64,000 nucleotides of DNA from Convolutriloba macropyga. Its lineage: Eukaryota. Below, piece by piece: positions 50,647 through 64,000 of this stretch. Positions within the stretch are counted from its first letter, which is position 1; the number at the start of each line of letters is the position of its first letter. The stretch is from positions 76,756,001 to 76,820,000 of the forward strand of contig NC_134469.1 of the NCBI RefSeq assembly GCF_964194025.1, in the 5' to 3' direction. The position numbers and the translations under genes were made by a program. A model generated the notes under the pieces. It did not search any database. It saw only the letters and a list, made by a program, of their open reading frames with translations, and was not told where the DNA came from.

Positions 50647-51451
50647 TGTAACGGCTGCTCTCCTTGCGTTTCACAAAGAAAGTTTTACACCGCCCACTTC
50701 GTTCTGAGTGGTTACAAAATCTGTCCGGATACTTCGTTGATGCAGTTTGCTTTTGTAACTGTATATCCGCTCTGCTGTACTTGCCGTTGCATTAACTAAT
50801 TTGACTAAATTAGTTTTGGATTTTTTCTCAATTGAACTGGGTCCACAGGTCACACAATACGGGATCTCTTTATGTTTACCAGTTCAATAGTTTTGATAAA
50901 ACAAATCAAAGGCAAAAATATATGCCTAAGAAGTGTTATGAAAAATTGGTTTCTAACGTAATCCTGGGTGTGTGTGTGTGTTGCGATTTTCGCAGAGTAC
51001 TCACGAGTTGAAGACTGAAAATCAGGACACAGAAAATTGAATTCACTGCTCGAGACGTTTTCGATACAAGACACAATATTTGATAGAATATTGCTCAAGG
51101 CAAATTTTTGTTATCAAGACACAGTATAAATTTAACAAATATACTGCTCAAGGGTTTGGTTTTAGCAAGACACAGTAACAAATATACTGCTCAAGACTAT
51201 ATTATTTCAACAATTTTATTGCTGAGATTATTTGCTAGCTCGAGTTGCTAAGCTGACAAGATATTGAGATTGTAAGTTCTTATTTTAGTTCAGTTTGTTA
51301 ACAATTTTTGTGCTGACGTGGCATACGTGGCTGTTTCTGATTTGCTATACACAGTTTCCTCGCTAAAGAAATGGATAATTGGGATAAAAATAGAAGACAG
51401 TAATAGTTTTCGTCCTACGCAATTTTGTTTTCCTTAAGCTCAGCTCCAACA
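50647..51451 (-). repeat. 3' LTR of the BEL/Pao element (left boundary inferred from the candidate TSD)
   Basis: 50789-51451 aligns with 57312-57981 (roughly 20 substitutions plus a (GT)n length change, counted by eye). Starts TGTTGG after the PPT. The candidate end ...GTTACA at 50647 is adjacent to CCCAG. Confidence 0.8.
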
Positions 51452-54400
51452 TCGCCGGCCCTGTTTTCCGTCGTGAAAATATCATCGTCAGTTGGTAGTA
51501 CCGGAGCGAGCTTCACTACGGGCCTCTTGTAATATCCATCCTTTTTTCGGATTTTCGCTGATCGAATCACTCCGTCGAACCCTTCAAAGGTTTCGGTTAT
51601 TCGACCCAGATTGTAATATCCACGTTTGTCACTGTCTTCCACTAACCACACAAGATCACCCTGCTGAAGACTTCGGTCCGTTGTGGTCTGCCATTTCTTT
51701 CGACTATTCAACGTTGGCAAGTCCTCTTTACGGAATCTGTCCCAGATGAGGTCTGCGTAAGCTTGTGTTTGTCGGAAGAGCATTCTATGATCAACAAATT
51801 GCAGTGCACCTGATAGATACGGTAAACAAAGGTTCTTGTTGCCAAGTAGGAAATGGTTTGGAGTAATAGCTTCTCAATCGGTAGCATCAGAACTGACTTG
51901 TCTGTTCGCGTCTGTTCAACAAGACACATCGTGGTTGACATAACATCCTCCGTGACTGATCGATTGCCCAGCACTGCGAACATTGCCTTCTTGCAACTCC
52001 TAACCAGTCTTTCCCACACTCCTCAAAAATGTGGTGCTGCAGGTGGGTTGAGCTTCCATCTGATACCTTGTTGAATCAGATGTTCTTCAATTCGCACCTT
52101 GTTCCATGCTGCTATATACTCTGCCAGTTCTTTTTCAGCTCCAACGAAGTTTGTCCCGTTATCGCTAATCATTTTGACCGGTTTGCCTCTTCGTGCAATG
52201 AATCGCATAATTGCGTTCAGACAACAATCAGTGTCTAGTTTTGGTACAATCTCTATATGTACCGCACGTACAGTAAGGCATGTGAATAGACAGCTCCAAC
52301 GCTTTTCGTTTCTTCGACCAATCTTTACTGTGAATGGTCCGAAATAGTCTACGCCCACATTCGAAAATACTGTTGATGCGACTAATCGTTCTTCAGGTAG
52401 ATCTGCCATTACTGGTGCCTTTGTTTGGGCTCTTCCCCTTCGACACCTAATGCATTTGTTTTTGATCGATCTCAAAGCATTTCGTATGCCTAGGATCCAG
52501 AATTTCTGCTGAACTATGTTTCTGACATGTTCAGTACCTTCGTGATGATTATTCTTACTTTCATTTTGCAAGAATAATTCAACTACATGGTGCTTCCAAT
52601 GTAACAGTATTGGATGCTTGGTTTCAAAGTTCAATTGACATTTACCTATTCTGCCCTGGGCACGATTAAGTCCTGGCTGGTCAATGAATGGTGAAAACTG
52701 GCGGATTTTGCTGTTTTTTGGAATTTCCTTTTCAGCCTTGAGAGATTCCATCTCTTCAGCAAACTGTTCTCGCTGCAGTAGTCTGAAAATGCTTGCTTAT
52801 GCACCCTCTTTTTCTTTAACACTTAATGTTTCTGTTGCCGGTTGGTGTTTTATAAATACGCGCTGTACGTATGCCATTGTATTTACTAGTCGATTGAAAC
52901 TACTAAATCGTTCCCGCTGATTCATCGGCTTCTTCTCTTCAACCTTTGCTGAGAAGACCATTTCGTCGTTTTGTTCGTCTCAAGCAAATGTTAAATTCAA
53001 CTGTTCAGGCCATTCGTACTCTCGTTGCTTCAACCAGGCCGGCCCAGTGAGCCATTCGCTTCTCTTAAGTTCGTCAACATTGATCGCTTGTGTCCCGATG
53101 TCAGCTGGATTGTTAATACCACTCACATGATTCCGCTGTGAAACATTAGTTGTATCCAAAATCGCAGCCACTCTGTTTGCAACAAACATCTGTTGCTTAC
53201 GGTGGGAGCTATGAATCCATTGCAGAACAGTAGTGGAGTCTGTCCAAAAGTTACAACTGTGAATCTTCGATTCGTGTTCCTTCACTATCTGTTCTTTAAG
53301 TCTCACCGCCATCACTGCTGCTTGTAGTTCCAAGCGTGGTATAGAAAGGTGTCGCATCGGTGCTACTCGGCACTTTCCGATTACAAATGCTAAATCTGCT
53401 GAGTATTCTTTGGGCTTTGAACGTAGGTATGCCACAGCGCTTATTGTGTCTTCAGATGCGTCGGCAAACACATGAAGTTCCCATTTGTCCTTGGCTTTGC
53501 TGAAGTATCTTCTATCAATGCTGGTTTCTGCTACTTCTGGAAGCTGCGCCTTCCATTTCAGAAACTCTTCTTCTTCGTTAGGTTCTACTGAGTTGTCCCA
53601 ATGTTGTCCATTTTTGGTCCAGATGCTCTTCAGGAGTCGTCTCATACGGACACTGAATGATGCAAACAGTCCAAGAGGATCAAACACCGAAGAAACTAGA
53701 GATAAGATCTTCCTTTGGGTGATTGGGGTCTCAACTTTTTTGCCTGTACCTCTACAAACCTGTAGGCTATCATCGATAATCGTCCACTGAAGCCCAAGCA
53801 CCGATGACCCTTCCTGGCTGGGTTCTAATTCAACCTGCTTTGTTTTGCTGATTGATCTTAAGTCCTCTGGGATTGCGTTGGTTACCATGTCGCTGTTGGT
53901 GATCCACTTCTTCAGTTCAAATCCATGTTTTGAGAGAAGAGGTTACAGTTGTTTGAAAACTTTGATTGCTTCTTCAGGTGTTTCGGCTGAATTGATGAAA
54001 TCGTCCATGTAGAAGTTGTTTTGGATTGCTTTTGCTGCAATTGGGAACTCGTCCTCGTTATCGATCGCTACTCGCTTCAGAGCGTAGTTGGCACATGTTG
54101 GTTAACTCTTTGCTCCGAAAACATGACGCTGATACTCGTAAATTTGCACAGGTTCTTTCATTGTTGGTCGCCACAAGAATCTCAAGCAGCTTTTATCCCG
54201 ATCAGGAACTTGCACTTGAAGAAACATTGATTCATTATCTGCGGTTAAGGCAATTGGTCCCTCTCGAAATCTGAATATCGTTCCGATCAACCCGTGCAGC
54301 AGATCGGGTCCGGCTAACAACTTGTCATTTAGGCATACAACCTTGTATTTTGCTGCAGCGTTGCAAACACAGCGAACTTTACCTGGTTTTTTGTGGTTTA

Positions 54401-57281
54401 GTACTAGATGGTGTGGCAAATACCATTCATTTCCGAAAGTGCCTTTGACTTCCGATTTGCCAAGGATCTTCACAAATCCCTTTTCAACATCTGTATCAAT
54501 TGACTGTTGATACAAGTCTTTTAAATTTGGGTCTCGTTGGAATCTTCGTTCCAGTGAGTAGAGCTGACCAATGGCTGAGCCGTAGTTGTTTGGGAGATTG
54601 GGTTCTAGTTCACTCCATAGCATGCCCACTTCGTACCGCTCGCCTGTAAACTTTGTCGTGCTCTCTAGAAACTTCTGAGCTCGCTGCTCTTTCTTTGATT
54701 GACTTACAACATTTATTTTGGAAGCATAGGTTTTTATGTCCCACCATGTTTGGATATTTTTTACTTTTCTTGCCTGTCATGGGACCACTGACTACCCATC
54801 TTAATTCTGTTAAGACGGCAAAAGGCTCACATCGTGTTCCAATCTTATAGTCCAATGGACGATGAATTTTGTAGGCATCCTGTCCAAGTATGATGCCTAC
54901 TTCCATCAGGTTGAATGCTCTGTTAGTGTGAACATTCAGGTGTCTGAATTTGTTCTTCAGTTCCTTGTAATCATATGTTGTGTTTCCCAACGAGATTGAT
55001 GGGTGTGCAAACGCTTCAATCGAACGCACCTTTGAATGTAGTCCCTTTATTGTGATAGGAACCTTCTCTGTCCTCAAATCTTGCGTCCCATGTATGCCAG
55101 CTATGTTCAAGGTAAAGTCCGTGCCTTTGGCTTGTAGTTGATCCTTAACGCTTTGATCGATGAACGATACTGTTGAACCACTATCGAGGAAAACGTAGGT
55201 AGTCAACCTGTTACCACCACTCTGAACCGATACCGGAACTATTTGAAGAAAACTATTAACTTGGTTACTCTGGTTGATTGTTGCTGCGCTTACGTTAACT
55301 GCGTGACTGCCCTCGTCCATTTGGTTTTCTGAGTGTAGCAGTCTGTTGTGCTTTTTGGTACATCCATTTATACCGCACGGGTGGACTTTACAATCTTTGA
55401 TTGCATGCCCTTTCCCCAGACATCCATAACATAAGCGTTCTTTTTTCACTGCTGCATAGCAATTGGTGACATTCATATTCTTAAATATTGGACAGTTCCA
55501 TATTTTATTAGTGCCATCCGCTAGTGGACAGTGGTTCTTTTGCGTCTGCTTGGTTTCTTGCGGGTTTGAACTTGCACTGAAGTTCGATGTCTTCGAGAAT
55601 CGTTTTTCTCTATTTGTGTTGCGTCGGTCTTCTTCTTGCTGTTCCCCTTTAAACGATGAAAACCCTTCATGCACGAATGCCATTCGTGATAGCCATTTTT
55701 CAAACATGATTAGATCAGGCCAGTCCTCGTCTTTGTTATCGACGTAGAACCACCATTTTTCTTTAAGAACTTGAGGTAGCTTATCAACTGCCATGTACAA
55801 TGTCGAACTTGATTGCAAATCACCAATACGTTTGTACTCTTTGAGCACGTTCACGAAGTTAGATACAATAACAGAAAAATTAATCAGGCTGGTAGAATCA
55901 TGAGGTTTCACTTGATTAGCTTTTCGTAGGCTCTCGAGCTGCGCTTCCATAATTACATGCGGTCTTCCAAATTTTCTTTCTAAAATGTTCCAGGCAGCAC
56001 TATAAAACTGTCCAGAATAGCCCATTCCCGAGATTGCAGATTTTGTTTTGCCTGTTAGCAGAGTCTTCTAATGGCTCATTTTCTCTGAGTCGGGAATCAT
56101 GCGTTTATCTACTGTTGCTATGAACATGCTAAACCACTCAGGCCACTCCAACGGGTTTCCGTCAAAATTTTTCACCCTCAATTTTGGTAAACTACTGCTT
56201 GAATGTCCAGTGTTGTAGTGCCTTCGAGCTATCGGCGATATATCCCGCTCTTCAGCACTTACTGAAGCGTTCACGAGAGTTTGGGTACCATGGGTAATGC
56301 CTATGCTTATTTCGTTCAGGGCTGACGTCGAAGCGAGCTCTTGGTCGAATTGGTGTTTGCGTGTCGTTCATCGAATTCGCCCACTCCGAGACATATCTCC
56401 CTTTTGGGGTCCAATTGAAAGGTGGCTTGTCACGCGCCTTAGTCGATTGAGAACGTAAGTCATCTTTCTCAAATGCTGTTCTTTGCAATTGGCGTTCTAG
56501 GTTTCGCTCCTTTTGCCGAAGCTGATGTTGCATCTCTAGTTCTTTCATTTGCATTTCTAGCTCCAACCTCTATCGATCAAATTGGGCTCGTTCGATTTGC
56601 AACTTTTTTCGAATTCAATTTCAAATTCCTTTATTCGTTCTTCAACCCGACGTTTCACTGAAGATGTTTCCGAAACGTTTTCTGTATCCTGGTTGATTGT
56701 CTGCACGATTCGTGTAACCGTATTCGTCGTTGCATAGCTTGTGCTATCATGGTTTTGGTTAAACTCCGGAATTCCAACGTTTGGTTCTAACTGATGTTCA
56801 TTATTCGCAGGCGGTTGCTCTTCATTGGCATGATGAGTTGACTGGCTTTGCTGGCTTGACATGTTTGTCTCTCCGTGGATATACGGTAACCATTCTGCGT
56901 TCAAATTTTGAAAGTATTTTTCTGTCTCAAGTTTGCGTTTTAAGAAATATCTGGGTCTCGGAGAGTCTCGGCTTTCTTATTCACGAGTTTTGAACGCTGT
57001 CGTCCAATTGCAGTATCTGCTGATAAAGAGTCTTGAGCTTGCTTGGTCGATCTCGATTCTTAATGAGCTCAAAACCTTCTTCCTGCTTCTCAATCCAGTT
57101 GTTTCGCAAGTTGTTGATCTGTCGATCCAAAACGCTTTGACTCTGTGACGGAGTCACTTCTTGTGTACTTCGGGACTGCAGCTTGAATCTCTACAGCTCC
57201 TTTGTTTGCTTTAATTGAGTTATGCCTTTCAACGTCCTTATCTGCTTTGCCTAATTGGCTTTGCGTTGTTGAATTGCTCAT
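51415..57281 (-). pseudogene. BEL/Pao gag-pol polyprotein, disrupted by multiple stops and frameshifts
   Basis: Colinear ORF fragments 57090-57281, 56557-56904, 56252-56566, 56068-56274, 54610-56025, 54102-54629, 52980-53888, 52023-52751, 51708-52019 and 51415-51783; the last reads into the 3' LTR. Confidence 0.92.
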
Positions 57282-57311
57282 TGAGTTTTGTTCTCGTTCT
57301 TTGATGACTTC

Positions 57312-57981
57312 GCATTAACTTGTTTTACTAACTTAGTTTTGGATTTTTTCTCAATTGAACTGGGTCCACAGATCACACAATACGGGATCTCTTTAAGTTT
57401 ACCAGTTCAATAGTTTTGATAAAACAAATCAAAGGCAAAAATATATGCCTAAGAAGTGTTATGAAAAATTGGTTTCTAACTTAATCCTGGGTGTGTGTGT
57501 GTGTGTGTGTTGCGATTTTCGCAGAGTACTCACGAGTTGAAGACTGGAAATCAGGACACAGAAAATTCAATTCACTGCTCGAGACGTTTTCAATACAAGA
57601 CACAATATTTGATAGAATATTGCTCAAGGCAAATTTTTGTTATCAAGACACAGTATAAATTTAACAAATATACTGCTCAAGGGTTTGGTTTTAGCAAGAC
57701 ACAGTAAGAAATATACTGCTCAAGACTATATTATTTCAACAATTTTATTGCTGAGTTTATTTGCTAGCTCGAGTTGCTAGGCTGACAAGATATTGAGATT
57801 GTGAGTTCTTATTTTTGTTCAGTTTGTTAACAATTTTTGTGCTGACGTGGAATACGTGGCTGTTTCTGATTTGCTATACACAGTTTCCTCGCTAAGGGGA
57901 TGGATAATTGGGATAAAAATAGAACACAGTAGTAGTTTTTGTCCTACGCAATTTTGTTATTCCTTAAGCTCAACTCCAACA
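57312..57981 (-). repeat. 5' LTR of the BEL/Pao element
   Basis: Direct repeat of 50789-51451; minus-strand start TGTTGGAG at 57981, flanked by CCCAG. Confidence 0.9.
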
Positions 57982-60900
57982 CCCAGAACTTGACCCTATA
58001 TGCTCAAAAAAGCAACAAAAAAAACAAATAAAAAGATTTTTTTCCAGGATCCAATGTTTTCTAGAATCACATTCACCAATAAAAATAGTGTTTCAAATAA
58101 AATTGGTTTTACGCATTGTTAGAATGAGTACACAATGCATCAACCACATGAGTGATAGAGACAGCATAAAGGGCCAAAACTTTAAATAGAAAAGACAAAA
58201 TCGAATCCATTTTGAAAATCAGTGCCGTCAAAAAAAGAAAACCACATATCTACATGCCCTTGTAGTCAACCACTGCATAAATTAAGAAATCGGAAGTCAT
58301 AATTTAACTTTACCAGTTCTAATGGCTGAAATGAGAACAAAAAAACTAATTTAAACTTAGAAATAAATTAGACATTTCAAAAAATAATTTATTCAGACGT
58401 TTCAAAAAGAAGCATTAACTCAGTGAAAAAAAGTGTGACCAAATTTGGAACCAATAAGTAGACGAAAGCGCACCGTACTAGAAGGCTAGTGAGAATTGTG
58501 ATCACAGAGACTATGCAATCAGGCCGCAAGTTGGCAAAAAGCAAAAAAAGAATGCAGGAGATGATGATCAACTAATTATTTTATTAAAAGCGTCAAATTC
58601 ATCACAAGGGGTTAATGAACTAACGCAACTATATAGATGCACCTGTTTTTCCTAAACAAACCAATAATTTGTCATTAATGATTCTAAGTGATACAAAGAC
58701 CAAAACGTTAACCAATACAGACAAAAACTCATATATTAGCAAAATTTTATGAAACGAATAGTTCGAAAGTTACAGAAACTGTTGGCTACTAACTCAAATA
58801 TTTTCTCGATCAACTAAATCATTATTAGCAATCGAAACAACCTGTCTTGAAAACAGTTATTTTCAAATTCAAAAAGAAAACTTTTACTTTGAACTGAATT
58901 AGTTGAGTAGATTCATTTGTCGATATTAACAAACTATGAGACCCGTTCCTAATGAAAAATGGAATCATATGACAACAATTAGTACAACAAATACTCGCAA
59001 AACTCAAATATTCTCTAAACATTTTTGAGAACAAATAGATTAAATGTCAAGCAAACCAGTTTTTTTATCGAACTTGAACTATTAAATATTTCCATTATGC
59101 CCCATTAGCAACCAAAGAGACCTGTCACTAGTGATACCAAAAGATAAGACAACATAATTAATAAGAAAGAGGCAAAAAAATCCTTACTTTACTTTTTATA
59201 CAACAAATAGCGTCAACTTTAAGAACTGGTTAATCAACGGTAATCATTCGTAGCCAGCTGATGTTTTTAGACAGTTGCGGATAGGTGCACTTAGAACAAA
59301 ATTATATCATAATAATAGCATTCAAGAGAAGAAACACTTAAACTCAAGTCAATTTCACGCACGTGAAAAAAATCCCTTTCAAAAAACAGAAATTTTCGTT
59401 CTTCAGCAATAATTTTTAACTGCGCTTTCAAAATAGCCAAACAAAAATTTATGCTCCAAACTTACTTTTTTCCCGCTGCTTTTACTACTTAAACGTGACT
59501 AAAGTGCTTACGCTTACTTGACTTCTCAATAGCTATTTTCAGCCAAGAAAAACATGACTGGACAAAAAATAAAGCAGCACAAATTCCAAAATACAATCAA
59601 AAGTGTTCTTTCTAAAACTGAAATCCACTTTAACTGACCGGCAGACCAGTTGAATAATTCCAAGCAAACAGACAGACATAGTTTCCCCAATTTAGAGAAA
59701 AACAAAAAGTCGTAGTGTATATTTTTAGAATCAGCATGTTCAATAGCGAGGAGTTCGTTCCAAAACGCAAATAAAGAGCAGAAAATTTAGCAAACAAGAA
59801 AAGTTTCGTTTGAAAAATCGAAGGCAGTCAGGGGCAGGCCAAACACCATGTAGTATTAAAAAAATTGAAGAGAGAGAAAAACAAAAATTCGCGAGTTATT
59901 TGATGTTGATATTTTTATTAAATATGCAATACAACTACGATCTACGCTAGGGAGGCTTAAAAAGAGCAGGCTGTACCTATAAGACTAACACTATCAAAAA
60001 CTGGAAAACCTAATTAAATTTGAGAGAAAAACAGCTGAAATTAAAAACAGCTGCTCATTTTTGGACAATATGTCATCAAAAACCAACTTTTGCCCCTAAA
60101 AATTAATCATCATTTTTGAAAAAGTATTGATGGAGCGTATTAGAGATTGAGAAAATTGAAATTTGACCGAACAAAATCCATTACATAACTTCATAACAAC
60201 TCGATTTTTATAAAAAAAATTGCCAAAGGTTTTTTGACAATAATTATATTAAGGACCATTAAAATAATCTAATAGCCAACCAGTATTCATCGTTAAATCT
60301 CGAAAAATTTAATAGACCCGTAAGGATAAAGCGTTTGATATATGAAAATAATTTTCAAAAAATGAGAACAATTTGCAACTTTATTGAAATGGCGCTAAAG
60401 ATTGTGATTTTGAAGTCTTGACAAAAATTTCATTGCTATTGATGACTTTGCATTATAAACCCCAGAGAAAAATCATTGGCCACTTAAGGTCAGAAAAAGA
60501 CAAAAGTTTTCAATAAATGTGGAAAACATTCGCTTTTATCGAAACGCCGCCCTTTTTGGTTTTAATAATTCCTTGAAAACCGAATCCTTTGCAGTAGAAA
60601 CCATTGAAGAGACCATTTTCAGATCTAAACAACTTCATTGGACACTAAAAAATTAATTGATGCCTATCATTTCAGAATTTTTTTTCAGAAACGGCAAATA
60701 TCACCATGAATTTTTGTGTTTAGGTATGATTTATTAAAAGATATAGCTCAACAGACGAACAATTTAAGTTTCGACAAATGTCAATTTAGGACTAATCCTA
60801 CAAAGAAAACAAAAATGACGAAAACTGCGGGAGTTGCACATTTTAGTAATCAAAAACTCGCTGAAATGACCTTTTCACCTTGAATTTAGGCTTTCCCAAC

Positions 60901-61269
60901 GTGTACAGCACACTTAACGTTTGCAAGACTACTAATGTCAGCTAAGTTCTTTTAATAATTTTTAATGCACACTTAGAGTTAAATGGTTATACCGTTCGAA
61001 GTAAAAGAAATGTATGTGAAAGAATTTTATTACAAAAAAATAGACAGAGCACCAATATAATCCAATTTTCGGATTTTTTAGATACGGTGCACCCTTACAA
61101 TGCACCCTTACAAGTATTTTGCATCGTTATAAACAAAAAAAATAAAAGCATAATTATTTGCGTCTAGAAATTGAATGAAGAGTAGATTTTGAGGATTTAA
61201 GCTTTTTATATCATTGTCCAACGTTATTTTTTCCAAGTATGCGCACCATAAACTCGAAAACATTTTATT

Positions 61270-61625
61270 TCTTCCAAAATTGTGGGTCAGCGATTTGCTT
61301 GCCATGATAGTCAAGAATGGTTATCATAACGTCGGGAACTTTTAATTCGGAATCAATTGCAATTTCACGTATGGACAGTTTGTCGGAAAGCGTTGCTTCT
61401 CTGTCAACTTCCATTCTCGCAGCAAGTAAGCGGCGTAGTTTGCTTGACTTCGTATATGGGCAATAACCATGTTAAAAAACAGAACTCGATCTATGTAATT
61501 TCTTAATGACGGTGGAATTGACTTGGACTGGACAAAATAGCGTATGACTTCGGTTGTTGGTTATCACGATAACAGGTTTACTTGAACACCATATATAGTG
61601 CGCAGGCTGTTCAAGAGAGAAACAC
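61270..61625 (-). mobile_element. Isolated Gypsy-type RNase H fragment (not in the ORF track)
   Basis: Manual minus translation across frameshifts: HYIWCSSKPVIVITNNRS / IRYFVQSKSIPPSLRNYIDRVLFFNMVIAHIRSQANYAAYLL. This resembles the RNase H end pattern (V.TDN.SL...HIPG..N..AD.LSR). Confidence 0.65.
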
Positions 61626-64000
61626 AATGCAAGAAGATGTTGGTTATTATGCCTTTATTTTGAAACATCTTGGTATAAAACGTTCATCTGTCAGTGAAAA
61701 AAAGGAGCTTAAATCGAAAATAGACAACAGAAAATTTGCTAACTAAGAAAAAACCAGCTTGATTTATAAGAGGCAATCAGAAAGAGATAAAACAAATAGT
61801 ATTAAAAAAAATTAACTAAAAAACATCAGAAGAATTATTCCAAAAAAACTGCCAGATTAGGTAAGATAAATGGAGTGCTTTCATCCAGCGGATTTTAAGG
61901 TAATTTTGGGTACTATTGATGAAACATGAAAATAGTTATGAGCAGTTCAATATGTTGATTGGAAAAAAATCCTGGGCTAACTTTCAGGAAAGAAAAATAG
62001 AACAAAATTGCTAGAAAACTTCGGTACATTGCCTTTGAGAAAATTGAAACTACTGTATGTAGTTAATTATACCATCAATTTAGCTGTCCATATTTTGATG
62101 TGTTGGTTTCAATGAATTATAAACTGAAATCGGTTATTTTGTTCATTCGTGCCATGAATATATGAGGATTAGTGGCCTTTAAATCTGTCAGGCTCAGCTA
62201 GCTAGCTTACCCCAAACAAGTTCCATGTGTTACCGCCTACCTGATATAACCGTGTCGAATTTATTCGCCTGATTAGTTTACAAACACCATTTCGTGTTTT
62301 CTTGACAGTTCAATGACTTCATTAAAAAGTTCTTTCCTAAATCAACCGAATAATTATTGAGATATCGCTTGATATGGCTTTTAACTCATCTCTTATTTGA
62401 TGGAGCAATTATTTTTAAGTCTATTCTAAATTTCTCATTCCGTTTCATTGTTGAAGAAATTGAGAATCGCCCGAACTGAGAATATTTCTTTCCATTTTTG
62501 AGATTGCGAGTTTCTCTTCTTCTGTTTTCGCTAATTATTCTCATCTCTCCAGGTGAGTTCTAGCTTTGGTCTTTATTTAAAAAATTTGACTGCTTAATAT
62601 AGCCCTTAACACTTTTGCAAACACTATGATGATTATTTCATGCCTTTACTCATATGATTTATGAAACTTTTGAGAGAGTCATTGTGATCTAAATTCCGGC
62701 GTCATCTTAAAACTTTTATATGTTTGAAAACGTAAAATTTGCGTTTCAATTATCCTACTTGTTTTAGTTCTAATTTTCGCCATCTTTTTTTCTATGGCAT
62801 TTTTTGGTTATCCTCTGTGCTGAGATGTTATATGCTCTTTAGGAGTAGTTCATTTTCATTTCTTCATATTTTGCTGAAAAATGATAATGAACTCAAGGTT
62901 ATCAATTTCTATTTTTTCAGGAGGTGCCTTCTATAATTCTGTGATATTTTTAACCCTCCCTATTCAAACAGCTATGGGGGTATTGAAAATTTGGGGGCTT
63001 TCAAGGAAAAATTAATCGATATTCGGACAAAGGTCTTTAAACATAACAGATTTTTGCCTGCAATTTCTGTTTTCCTTTTTCCTTTCTGTTTTAGGTTAAA
63101 TTTATGTTTTAGGTGAAACTTTTTCCTTATTCGTTATTCATTAATTTTTATTACAACCTTATGTATTTTTTTTCAATTATAATCTTTAGGTATATTTTAT
63201 CTCATATTGAGCGCTTTTGCAAACTGCTAGCACTGGTCACGTGATCTGATCAGCTCATACATGATTTTAACAAGGAAGGAAGAATCAACAAATAATGCAA
63301 CCATCAATCGTAGATTTAGTTTACTTTTGCAGGCTTGTATTTTAACTAATTGTGTTCATAAACTTAATTTTTCAAGGTTGGTGTCGACTATTTTACTACA
63401 ATTCTCTAAATCCGTTTTTCAATATTGATTTTCAGCATTTTCAGTAGGGCGTACTTTTGACTGCAATCTTTTAAAGCGAAGCCGAGATTCTCCTTTTATA
63501 TATTTTTTGTGTTTGTTGATATTAAAGAATACGTTCTTAGTGTGCTATCAAAATCAACAACATTAGTCATAATCGTCCACGCCAGTGTATCATAAAAACT
63601 GAATTATATGGCTATTAAGGCTGATAAATAATTCAACTTGAAGTCTCTTCTTTCGTCTTTTTCATACACTGCTTGTTTCTCACCAACAAGATTGTGTGTT
63701 CTTTTTTTGCGATCTACTTTTTAATAAAGCACTATTCAATTAGGTGTAACAATCTTTTTGATCACGCGGGCGGTGAGGTGAAAGCAGCTTGAACTTATTG
63801 ATTTATTTTTTTCTCGTTACTCGTGAAACAAACTTGACGCAGTCTTAATAATACATGGGCAATTTTAAATTGTATGTTTGTGTTTTAAATTCTTTTAAAC
63901 GTTCGTTGAAAGGATTAAGAGCGTCAGAAAAAAAAACAATTCTAGTTTCATCCGCCAGCTTAACATTCTTCTAAGAATCATTTTCAAAAGTTCTTTTTCA

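Larger units (their letters stand above)
50647..57981 (-). mobile_element. BEL/Pao LTR retrotransposon, near full length, decayed
   Basis: gag (FDGNPLEWPEW; knuckles CYGCLGKGHAIKDC, CGINGCTKKHNRLLH), protease FLDSGS, RT (WYLPHH, CLNDKLLAGPDL, FYMDD), Pao RNaseH (HVFADAS, IPRLELQAA, NPADIG), integrase (GVDYFGP, SDNGTNF, WERLVRS). Direct repeats at both ends, PPT-like AGGGCCGGCGA before the 3' LTR TGTTGG, and CCCAG on both flanks (50642-50646, 57982-57986). Confidence 0.95.

Noticed and set aside
20501-55747. Antisense/overlapping short ORFs over HELQ, RIOK2 and the BEL element
   Set aside because: Shadow ORFs opposite real coding sequence, with no independent motifs.

Overview
AT-rich, repeat-dense eukaryotic (invertebrate animal) DNA with spliceosomal introns; the species cannot be named from the sequence. 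Four + strand host genes can be spliced into uninterrupted reading frames: a divergent 3-exon p53-family gene (5869-7595), a 2-exon HELQ helicase (20181-23677), a 3-exon coiled-coil gene with a HAUS5/augmin-like C-terminus (23967-32221) and a 4-exon RIOK2 kinase (32615-36045). The rest is mostly mobile-element material: a decayed Ty3/Gypsy element (1-~5100, -), a near full-length decayed BEL/Pao element with LTRs and a candidate CCCAG target-site duplication (50647-57981, -), LINE relics, MITE-like inverted repeats, a Helentron-like end motif and tRNA-derived SINE heads. There is also an exact 7-copy 691/692-bp tandem array (13000-17838) that may have been amplified from a fossil Polinton/Maverick protease-integrase junction. 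The leading hypotheses are: an operon-like HELQ/HAUS5-like/RIOK2 cluster with very short intergenic gaps and TTTCAG acceptors just before each ATG; the origin of the array; and a p53 homologue carrying substitutions at positions equivalent to human R249 and R273.
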